In this document: piece by piece, positions 1-10,692 of the stretch | Layout of the letters: each line of letters begins with the position of its first letter | Numbering within the stretch: position 1 is the first letter of the stretch | Assembly (NCBI GenBank): GCA_047967505.1 | Contig: CM106538.1 | Reading direction: 5' to 3' (one strand) | Source of the DNA: Dipteris shenzhenensis | Lineage: Eukaryota | DNA: 64,000 bases | Made by a program: the position numbers and the translations under genes | Notes under the pieces: generated by a model | Seen by the model: the letters and a program-made list of their open reading frames with translations, nothing else | Told to the model about the DNA's origin: nothing | Databases searched by the model: none

Positions 1-335
1 ATCTCCTCAATCTGCTCCTAGATTCACTCAATCATCCTATGTGGCTTTTCCACCACCTAACTATGCTTGTGGGCACCTAACTGTGCCTCTAGCACTCACA
101 CATAGAAACATAAGGTGTGCCTGAGGCATACACCTTGAGATATCCCAACATTCAGCTCCACTTCCACTAGAAATAGCGATACCAACAAAAATAGCCATGA
201 AAGGAGTACAGCTCAAACTCAGGGAGTTTGTTTGCCAAATATCATCACGAGACAGGGTTACCATTGAGTGTCTCAATGAAGCTAAGCCTCACTACTTCAG
301 GTTTAAGTTTCATGCATCATGCATGACCACAAACA

Positions 336-927
336 TGTAAGAAAATAGTACGCAGCGGAAGATAACAACAAAACGCAAGTACACGATGGAAAGCTGGAGA
401 GAATACAAAAATTCTGATATACCAAACTGCTGATACAACTGATGGTTGGCTGTCCACCCGTGCGCTCTACAGACAGAGCTTCGATGGTGATCTAGACAGA
501 TGCTGGACGGAGGACTATGAGCGTGAAGAACTGGTGATCTGATGATAGGGGGTGGCCACTTATATAGTGTAAGTGGTTGACGGTCGGCCCTGTAATAGGC
601 AGTCGGCCTAATAGACAGTCGGCCTGGAAGACCACCGACCCTTCAGAAAACATGCCGGCGGGTAGATGAAGGATCGCCCCCGGACCCTGCCGCTGGGGGC
701 TTTGCCCCCAGACCCCCACCGGGGGCCTGCGCCCCCCGGACCCCCTGCTATCGGGGGGGCTATCGCCCCCCCGAACCCCCCCTTTGTGCAGACGGGTATC
801 TACTCTTGGCTCCTAAGCCGTCTCATAACCATCTGGTCTACTCTAAGACCCCTTCCAGTGTCTAAACTGGGGATCCCTCCCAATATCTGATACCCATCAT
901 GGCTTCTCCTCATATGGGGGCCTTACA
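336..927 (-). mobile_element. Solo LTR related to Copia family A LTRs
   Basis: Termini TGTAAG...CTTACA form a perfect 6-bp inverted repeat. The minus strand starts TGTAAGGCCCCCATATGAGGAGAAG and ends TTTTCTTACA, both shared with the family A LTRs, as is internal CCATCGAAGCT. Minus-strand TATA (CTATATAAG) near 558-567. No PBS or internal domain adjacent. Confidence 0.8.
693..782. repeat. Three tandem GC-rich hairpins, each followed by a C run
   Basis: CTGGGGGC-TTT-GCCCCCAG (693-711), CCGGGGGC-CTGC-GCCCCCCGG (719-739), TCGGGGGGGC-TATC-GCCCCCCCGA (751-774). Confidence 0.9.
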
Positions 928-1675
928 ACATTGGGTACACAGAATATTGGTGGGCTACATGAGAGGTGGACATTTGAGCTAACTCTAACAAAACAGGTGG
1001 GGGTGTGAGGGCTCTCAGGGAGTTTGAGCCCCAAATCACCCAAGCCTAGGAGTGGCGAGGCTAACACAAGTGCTATTTGGGAACCGGTTAGGACCACCTC
1101 CTAATACCATGTTTGTCCCAAGCTCTTTAATATGGTTAAAACAAGTGCTATTTTCGCTAGTAGGGAGAGTCGGTAAGAATAGCAATATGCCTTGGTGCCC
1201 TACGAGCCCAAGAACCCATGGTTGTAAAGTGAGGGAGAGTGCTAAAAAGGAAAAGGGTTGGCCCTCCCTTCAAAAGGTGACATGTATAAAAGGCCAAAGG
1301 GTCGACTTTGGTCTTCATTGTTGTTTGCACAAGTTTGAATACAAGCTCCCTCTTCTCTTCCAAGAGAGTGTTTTGGGTGTTATCTTGTTTCCATTGTAGT
1401 TCCTTTGTGGTTGTCACTCTATACCCCTTCACTCCCTTCTCCTTCTTCCCTTCCTCCTCGTCCCTTCTCCCTCCTTCTCCCTCTCCCCTTCCCTCTTTCC
1501 CTTCCCTCTTTCTCGCGTGAAACCACATTGCAACAATCCAGAGGCTGCTTGAGTGACACTTGCAGATGGATCGTGCTATGCATTTCTCCCACAAGGAGTA
1601 GCCAAGAGTGGTAGCTCTGTTGGCATATCTTCAACTACCCCAAGACACTTGAGTCACCATTGAGACCACACTACA
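928..1675 (+). repeat. 5' LTR (at least its 3' part) of the Athila-type element
   Basis: Ends ...CTACA just before TTTT and the PBS. TATA-like TATAAAA near 1285 is followed by a pyrimidine-rich tract. Confidence 0.65.
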
Positions 1676-1679
1676 TTTT

Positions 1680-1697
1680 TGGCACCATTGCCGAGGA
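1680..1697 (+). promoter_or_regulatory. Primer-binding site, tRNA-Asp type (Athila)
   Basis: TGGCACCATTGCCGAGGA versus canonical TGGCGCCGTTGCCGGGGA: 15/18 match, all three mismatches G>A. Confidence 0.85.
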
Positions 1698-3130
1698 GAA
1701 AAGGCATGCTTTTGCATTTGCACTTGTCTCCCTTCGATATATTCCCATTGCACAAGTTTTCAAGCTTACCTTGGAGCTTGTTAGTGGAGTTGTAGGAGAG
1801 AAGAGAGGTGGAAAAAGAGAGAGAGAGAGAGAGAGAGAGAGGACAGAAATCTATTTTTTCATGTAGGAATGCCATTTTTTAGCTTGGGAAGCTCATTTTG
1901 GATGCTTTTTGGAGTTTCAAGTTGATAGGAACTTAGTAGGCTTGATTGCTATGCTGTGTGTAGTGTCTAATCACCTTTAAAAAAAACAAAACTAAGGATT
2001 TTTGTCAAGTTTTGAAGTAGTTTCATGTTCTAGAACTTCCCTTTTCTGAGTTTTTGCATTTTGACTTTCAAAAAGTGTTTGTTTTCTGGTTTTTTTTTCA
2101 TTGAGTAGGTAGATTAGGTGTGTAGCACCCCCCACTACAAAAAATCATGAGCAGAAACTGCAAAATCCTCATAAATCACCAAATCTCAGTCGGCGAAACT
2201 GTGTCTGACTACCTTGCTGAGTCAACGCTGTAGCCGTATTGCATCGAGCAATTTCCCCACTGATCGGCATGTTAGTCGAATTCCATCGGGGTCAAACTTC
2301 ATTGACCCAGTGCTGTAACACTTCCCCACTGACCTAACATGGTTTACCCCACCGACCGGAGTTAATGCTTGTCAGAGTTCCTTCTGCACTGATCTAACAA
2401 GTCGTTGACCGATGCTGTAGTGTTTCCTCACCAACCGTTGCTATCTTACTATCCTGCCGCTGGTGCGGTGAACCCTCCCCTTCATCCGTGGTCATAATCA
2501 TTCCCCTCTGCCGTCGCGTTACTCCATTGCATCGCTTGTCGCTATGCAATACTGCCATCTAGTGTTTTCGGCTTACCCCACCATCATCGCTATACTATCC
2601 TGCCAAGTCCTTATCTTGCCGTCCAACGTCATACCATATCCTACGCCCGTGGGGATATCCCTTCCGACCAATTGTACTGACCACGTGGCAACTATTTTCC
2701 TACCGATCATCGACATATATCCATCACGCTGACCGGTGCTATTTCCTTATTCCGTTGATCATCGCTGAAAGATTATGCCATCGCCCATCTCCGAAACCAT
2801 ACTACACTGCCCGTCACTATACCGTAGCCCATTGATCAATGCCGTAGAGTTATCCTGCTGACTGATGTGATACCTCTGGGGTAGCTAAGTAATTAATAGA
2901 AAATTCCAGAACCTCAGTTCATCTTGGGTATCCCCAGCCAGAGGCATCCCACATGCACTTAAGGTTCGGAAGGATTTTGCTAAAGGGTCCAGTGTCAGAA
3001 GAAAGCGCGTTGAGCTACGCTTAGCCCACCCTCCATCCTAGTTGGGAGTCTAGAAGCTTGATCCCCAGCCTCCACTCATTCATAGGCCCCCATCTAGACA
3101 TTCCCTTGAGTTCATACAAAATAGAGAGCA

Positions 3131-5435
3131 ATGCAAGACTCCTCAGGTCCAAGGGCATCGGAAGCCCCCTTCATGAATGTAGCCTCTCCCAACTCTCCTG
3201 CACCTTCGGTTGCATCCAAGCTTAAAGGTACGTTCTCTAATATGTTCTACCACTTAGGACGAACAGAGTCGGCGGACATGGAAAATCTCTTTGCCGACAT
3301 GTCCATAGGAAGGGATGCTAGCAACATACCATTCCTGAGCCATAGACTGGGATAGATACTACCTTTGCCAATCTAGGTTCCTCCTCCTACACCAAACCGG
3401 GATAGATCCATGGATGAGGGAACTCCACAGACAAGACCTGAGTTGAGGGGATACTATGAACTTCCAAAGTGGAATGCCTTATGGCCCTCTAATAGTCTCG
3501 GCCCCACCAACCTTCATAAACCTTGGGGCACCGCAGTGCCCACCCTATTGCCCGCAGCATGGGACCAATGTTACCATGCCTCGGGACCCCCCACCTTCAG
3601 GAGTCCATCCCTTCCTATCTATACCAGTTGCACCAATGAATGCAGACATGGGTACTTCTGTCCCGATGTCAACACTAGCAACTACATGGACACCACCACC
3701 TGGGCCAGGCCCATCCCCGTTGTGACCCATCAAGCCCCTAGCAACACCCTCTAGTAGCTGCTCAAATGGTGTTGATTGATGAGGCTATGCATATTTTGGT
3801 GAACGCCCTAGGAAGGGCGGCAACACCACCACCACCCACCCCAGTGTTCCCTATAGGAATGGCATATCCCTTGAGAAGCCATCCCATAGCCATTTCCAAG
3901 CTAATGACCAAATTCCTCGGAGAAGGAGACCCAGTCTCCCATATGGAAAGGTTCGAGCAGATTTGTGAAGCCTTTGGTGCACCAGGCGACCTTGAAATGG
4001 CCAATGCATTCGGCCTTAGCCTAGACGCCAAGGCAGGTCAATGGTATAGGGCTCTCACCCCAGAGGAAAAGATCAACTCGGAGACATTGAGAAAGGCTTT
4101 TATTGTGGGATTCGCTCCCAGTGGCCATAAATGGAACCCGATCAACCAACTGTATGGGGTAAAACAAAATGACAAAGAATCCCTGAGGGATTATATTGCG
4201 AGGATTAAGCACCTCAATGCCCGCTGTGAACCCTATGAGCGAATGAGCAATGACTATTGCCTCGCTTCCTTATCGGGTTAGCAAACCCAAAGCTACACGA
4301 CCACCTTATGGTGACGAATCCCACCTCCTTCGATCTATGCAACAAGGTGGCCATCCGTATATGTGACAATATGATGGACAAAGTGTATTCGGACAAGGCC
4401 TCAGCCCCCTCCAAAGTCGCCCCCTCAGTTAGGTCCTCGAGTGTAGAGTCAAGCAAGAAGGAGGCTTATGAGCCTTAAAGCTTAGATGTGAGTGAGCTAG
4501 CCTCCAATTTGTTCGAGCAGCTAGTTCAGCAATGGAGAGTAGGAACCTCCAAAGAGGTGCCGAGAAACCCCCACTTGTTCCCACGAAGAGACAATGTCTA
4601 GTGCGGGGTATGCAATGGCAACCACCCCTCCAATGAGTGCCCATGCCTAAGGGCAAGGCCGGCACTCTATTGTGCACACTGCCATAGGTGGGGAAACCAT
4701 GATACCTCCCAATGTCGATTTTCGAGGTCCCTTCCCCAACCCATGTATCAAATGTGACCCCCATTGGCCCTCACAGGCCCGCCAAACCCCTGGATCTCAC
4801 AAGGTGGCCCTATGGCTAGCTCTAGCTAGTACCAGGCCCAGCCAACTCCACTGCCTCCACCCATACTAGGTCCCCAGCCCCCGCTACCTTGCATCGCCCC
4901 AATCAATCAAGTGTTGGTTGAAGAGTTTCCCAACGACTGGGAGGAAACGGACCCTAATCATGGACCTCATGATTATTACCCCTACGAGGAAGGGAGTGGA
5001 GCCTTAGCTCACTACCTCCCACCAGAGGATCAACAAGTCCTCGTATTCCAGATCGCCCTCGTAAATGCAAAACCGAGAGATCTGAACTCAATTGCTCGGA
5101 GGCCCCCGCTCCAATGTTATACCTGCCAAGGTCCCCATAGAGAAAGTGAATGCCCCTACCGAGGCACTTCAAACCCATCGGTGTCCTATTTCAAATGCCA
5201 GGGCCCACATTTATTGAAGGACTATCCATACAAGGATCGTATGCCCAACACCCCAATCGTAACCAACCCCACTCCCTTGTGCGTAGGATGTGGCACGGAG
5301 CATCTATTTCAGGACTATCCCACGAGAAGGCCAACCACTCCACTCACCCCGCCAAAGAGCACTAGCCTCAATCTGCTCAGCATCGAACAAGGCCAAGTGG
5401 TTGTACTGCCACTACAAGTCATTACCAGAATGTAG
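3131..5435 (+). pseudogene. gag: Gypsy Gag (capsid-like core plus five zinc knuckles), frameshifted
   Basis: Core KFLGEGDPVSHMERFEQIC...AGQWY...KQNDKESLRDYIAR (3766-4281). Knuckles CGVCNGNHPSNEC, CAHCHRWGNHDTSQC, CYTCQGPHRESEC, (Y)FKCQGPHLLKD(Y), CVGCGTEHLFQD(Y). Start uncertain. Confidence 0.85.
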
Positions 5436-6261
5436 GCTAAGGCACTAGGCAAGGCCATGAAGAAGCTCACCAAGAAGGGTAAGGTATCCCCATTTTTCGG
5501 TCCCGAGATTCCTCCACAGTCTCTAACTCGTTCCAAGAAGGCCATTCAAGTAGGTGACGGATCTGATCAGGTGTTCATCTAGGACGGTTTCGATGAGGAG
5601 ACGGCTACCCTTGCCACCTCCTCTGCTTCTAAACAGTCTTCCATCCAGGGTGACCTTGAGGTACCTCCTATTCTGGAAGTAAACAAACCAGTGCAAGCTC
5701 AGGGCCTGGCACCGCTCCCACCTATAAAGAGACCTATCCTAACCCGGTCTTAGAAAATCAATGCATAAAGGATTCCCAGAACTTGGTGCATGAGTGCTAG
5801 GATAAGTTCGAGCATCCACTAAAGGCCAGTAGGCGATCAGATACTATCCATCTAGCCCACCCGATGGGGCATCAAGGAGCGAAATTGCTCAAGGTCCCAC
5901 AAAGAGTGGAGGAAGAAGAACACCTCAGCTTGGAGCAGTCAGAAGCTCTAGATTTGATCCAGAAGATGTTCCAAGAGGACCTAGTGCTGCATAACCTCCA
6001 AGATGAGGGAGACTTGTATGGCTTCGATGACATGTTGTCCATGGAGGAAGAAGCTTCACTAGAACCCTATGAAAGTGCCAGATTGGCTGCCTTCCTATCT
6101 ATTGAAGTGAAAATGTCGATCACGTCCTTGGTAAGAGGAGATCCCATCCTATGGCATGATCTGTCCAATTGGATGAACAGACCGTTCCCACCTCCATCCC
6201 CTGCCAGCAACCAATCAATGCTAGATATGGGGCAGAACCTACCCAAGATTCCCATCAACCC

Positions 6262-6620
6262 CCCATCAACAAGCTAGGCCAGTATTTCGAGGGTGATGAC
6301 ACAAATGCCTCAATCCCCATAGTCTACCAAAACCAGAAGGTGGAAACATCCTAGATGGGGGAGTTGGAGTGAGTGTCTACACCAAGGAATGCTAGGGAAA
6401 ATGGGGGAAACCAGCACTTGAGCAAACCCATCTGGTAGTAAAGCTAGCCGATGGAGGAACTGCTGAACCTCTGGGAGTACTCACTGGCATAGACATTAAG
6501 GTGTTTGGATTCATGTACCCCATCAGATTCATGGTCATGGATTTCACTTAGCCCAGATATGAAGCTATCCTAGGCAGACCCTTCTTGTTGCGAATGTCCA
6601 GACTCATGCATGGCTGGCGT
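6262..6620 (+). pseudogene. Aspartic protease (retropepsin) #1
   Basis: ILDGGVGVSV...VKLADGGTAEPLGVL...FMVMDF..YEAILGRPFL, with stops and frameshifts. Confidence 0.85.
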
Positions 6621-7099
6621 AATGATAATATCTACTTGCGGCACGAGGAGCAAACCATGAGAGTGGACCTGCATACCTACAAGGCCCACCCATTGTCAAG
6701 GCACCTCTTTGCTACAATCGCTAACACTACCACCCAAACCACCTCCGTAAAACTATTCCAACCCTGTGACAAGGGAGAGGATGAGAAGGAGTCTGACAAC
6801 TTCTGGTATGCACCTCTTCTCGAGCCAGAATTCGTGCAGAACTGGATGCACATCTTGGCCAACATAGATGTCCCAGAAAGAGTAGGGTTTCAGATCACCA
6901 CCCCAGAACTCACGGGTCTGACCCCGGTGGTTCCCCTAAGGATGTTCAACCTACTCAAACCTCTAGAGGTAAGCAAGGGAACAGTAAGGGTAAAATCAGA
7001 TCTTCACTGGTTGACCTACGTAGGCACCATGATCACCCACCATGAGTTCTCCTCTAACTAGGGAAATAGGGGCCAAAAGATCTTGAGAGGATAGTTGTT

Positions 7100-7440
7100 C
7101 ACAAGGATATGATGGACCAGCCCCGGTGAAGGAAGTAAACTTAGCCCCGGAAGGGCAGGACCCACAACCCGTATTTTTCACTGATGAACTCACTCCAAGT
7201 AAGGAGAATGCCTTAATAGCTCTCCTACGGGAATATAAGGACTGCATGGCTTGGAAGTACACGAACATGAAAGGAGTACCTGCCATAGTAGTATAGCATA
7301 AAATCCCCATGATGGATGATGCCAGGCTAGTACGGCAATGCCTCTATCCTATGAATCCTAAATACCTACTCATAATGAGGGAAGAAATCTAGAAACTCAT
7401 AGATGCAGGATTCATCTATGAGATTGAGCATATAGACTGG
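7100..7440 (+). pseudogene. N-terminal fragment of gypsy reverse transcriptase
   Basis: LLREYKDCMAWKYTNMKGVP...HKIP...YPMNP...EEI*KLIDAGFIYEIEHIDW, then an abrupt switch to integrase sequence. Confidence 0.85.
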
Positions 7441-8545
7441 GCATACTACGAAGATGCATATGCAAACACGAATACATCGAGGTGCTTGAAGAAGCCCGCT
7501 CAGGAATCACAGGAGGCCATTTTTCTGTTGAGGTTACAGCGCGTAAAGTGTTGCAAGCTGGTCTCTAGTGGCCAACACTCTTTAGAGATGCAATCGAATT
7601 CGTCAAACGATGTGACCCTTACCAACGCATCCAAATCCCACATAGGGCATACATGATGCCCCTGACCGAAATCCTTGTTGACCAACCCTTTGAGAAGTGG
7701 GGTGTTGATTTCATTGGTCCCATAAGCCCAGCCACCGCTAAGGGGACCGGGGCATGATACATCATCCTAGCCACTGATTACTTCACCCAATGGGTAGAAG
7801 GAAGGGTCACAGTAAAGGCTGATGCAAGATCCATTGCCAAGTTCTTATATGAACAAGTCATCACGTGGTTTGGATGCCCATTGGAGTTAGTCAGTGACCC
7901 AAGGAATTCACTTCCTCAACGCAACCATAGCAATCCTAAAAAGTGAGTTCATGATCATTCATAAGAAGTCAACGCCATATTACCCCAAAGCAAATGGCTT
8001 GGCCGAAAGCTCCAACAAAACTTGTTGTAAGATTATCACATGTACGGTAGAAGCCACTCGTATTGACTGGGCGCACAAGCTCATAGCAGTGTTATGGGCC
8101 TACAGGACCTCCTATAAGGTGGCAACACATTGTACCCCCTTCAAGTTAGCCTTTGGGGTAGATGCAATAATGCCAATGGAGTATGTAGTGCATAGCCTCC
8201 GTCTTGCTGCCATAAAGGAAAGACTCACAGAAAATGCATTAGCCGAGAGGCTAGTGGACCTTGAAAAGCTAGAAGAGACAAGGTTACGAGCAGCCTACGC
8301 TCTCTATGTAGAAAAGGCCGGGCATAAAAATGGTTCGACTGCAACCTCAAGAACAAGGACCTGGTAGAAGGAGACTTGGCACTCCTGTACGATGTTCGCA
8401 ACACCAAACGTAAGATTAATACTGAGGTATGGGTTCGTACTACGTCGTTGAGATCACCCCCCAAGGGGTGTTCCAAATAGCCACCCTTGATGGAACAAAA
8501 TTGAATAGCTACTTAAACAGAAGTAAATTGAAAAGATACTACAAA
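7441..8545 (+). pseudogene. Gypsy integrase (zinc-binding region, DDE core, C-terminal domain)
   Basis: ILRRC...GGHF...KVLQAGL*WPTLFRDA...PFEKWGVDFIGP...TDYFTQWVE...STPYYPKANGLAESSNK...LWAYRTSYK...TPFKLAFG...LNRSKLKRYY. Confidence 0.92.
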
Positions 8546-8739
8546 CGACTCACTATCTCCACCCTCCAAGCCGTGCATAGAGAAAAGGAGCTCAAGGAAA
8601 AGGTGGCCAAGATGAAGCACCAGGCCATTGAGGAAGCCAAAACCTATAATGCTAAGATCCGACAGTGTAGACAAATGACCCTTTTTAAGGCAATGATTGA
8701 ACAGATGCAACCAATGGATGAACTAACAATAGAGCCAGC

Positions 8740-9110
8740 TAGGTTGCTTGTTCATCTACTACAGGTACCGCGCATGCACATCAAAGCACTCGTGGACCCA
8801 AGAGTGAAGAGCCACAATTCATCTCCCAAGAGGTATAGGAAAAGCTATAGGTACCCCTAACCCTCACCATTGCCTCAATAAGAGCTATAAACGGCCAACT
8901 CTTGCAAACCTTGGGCTATGTAAATCTAAGTCTAATGGTTGTTTGCCAAGCTATGGATATACGCTTTTATGTTCTCCCTACAGAAGCCACCGAAGAGCAG
9001 ATTATTCTAGGAAGAACCTGGTGCTACGCCGTCAATTGCCAAGTCGACTGGTGTGCCTGAACTGCTTTACTTACCAATGGTGGTCAGACGGCGGTAGTCC
9101 CGCTATGCAG
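8740..9110 (+). pseudogene. Second retropepsin-like aspartic protease domain downstream of integrase
   Basis: IKALVDPRVKSHN(F)ISQEV*EKL...IRAINGQLLQTLGYVNL...IRFYVL...QIILGRTWC..VNCQVDW; one frameshift near 8820. Confidence 0.8.
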
Positions 9111-10692
9111 ACCAAGCCCCCCCTCTTCGGCCTCGACCTTGTTGATTCACGACAATGAAGTGATGCAACAAAGCCAACTGAAAGCCCCAACCTCCACTAG
9201 TTCAAAAGGAGAACAAAGCTTGCTGCAGTGGTAAACCAATGCCAATGCATGCTCAACCCATGCTACCATCCTCCACCCAAGAAATCCAGCAGTTGCAAGT
9301 ACAAGATGATATCCTCTGTGCCCAACGTGACTTTTATCGGAACCAATGCTGCCTAGAAAATGGCAATGCAGCAACAACAACTCCAGATCACTTCAAGATG
9401 GCTTTCCCCACACACATTTGCTACCCGTTGAAAGCCACACCCAATGCTCATGCCTCATCCACCACCACGCATCACAAACAGTTCGAGCAACACCGCTCGC
9501 TCGGGCGGTCAAGGCAACAAAGTCACCTGGATCCATAAGAATATAGTGCAAACCCCAAAGGCGTCAAAGGCAGCACCACAAGAACCTGTATCTCTCCAAA
9601 ATACACCACCACAAGAACCTGCCATTAAACCGGATATAGCAAGCTAGCCCCAAGGTACTGAATATGCCCTAGTGCCATGGGCGGTTGGTCCAACTCAACA
9701 CAAGCATCACCACTACCAGTCGAGGAACTCCACAGGAACCAAAGTCCTCCCCATGAAGAGTTATGCAAGAACCTCACCTAGGGGATGAACACTCGAAGTT
9801 AGATCCCACAACAACCAAGTTCGACACAAAGATGCCTCTGACATCCAAGGTAAGGAACAGGCTAGACACATACTCTATATGGCTCCTCACTTGCTATGCT
9901 GCAGTACGGCACCCACCTCCATTGCATTCATCATAATCATCACGTCTAGGTCTAGGTGAGCCGGTATAGTAGGCATCTCACCTAACACACCCGCAGCTCA
10001 CTAGTCTCTACCAAACACACTGCACGCGCTAACACAGTCAACACTAAGTGATTATAGTCTGTTCTTGCATTTTGACAAGTACTCATGTTCTTACATGCTG
10101 ATCTCATTAGCATGTTGCACAACACAAGTGCACTCCGCTCCATCCACATCTTCCCCCACCCCACTCCTCCTTCCTTCCCTTTTCCCCAATTTTTTACACA
10201 GTCACTACCCCACCGACCGTCATTGAAATGTTTGCTACCGACCATAGCCAAACCCTTACACCACTGACCATCACCGAAAGGTTTGCCATTGACCATCACG
10301 ATCATGAAACCCCATCGGGTTGTTGCCATCCAAAATAGCACCACCTCATTGCCAGTTAGGTACCATGCCGGCAGTGGCCTAAGATACTCCACACCGATTG
10401 TTGCCACCGATTTTTGCCACCAACCATCGCCATTGAAGTTTGCCATCAACCGTCACCATCGAATTCAGCACCGATCATTGTGATACCAGTATCCCATTGG
10501 TCGAGGGGATAGAAATCTATAAAAGCAAGCCTACGCTGGCGGGTCATCGCCATAGCTATTACAACAAAACTCTACTAAAAAATTTGACAGTTGTCTGCCC
10601 ACTTCTTCTACATCCTCACCAGCAAATTTATGTCCTCCTGTTCTTCCTCATCCACCAATTCCCTCGTCACGCAACTCCCCCTCCTGTTTACG

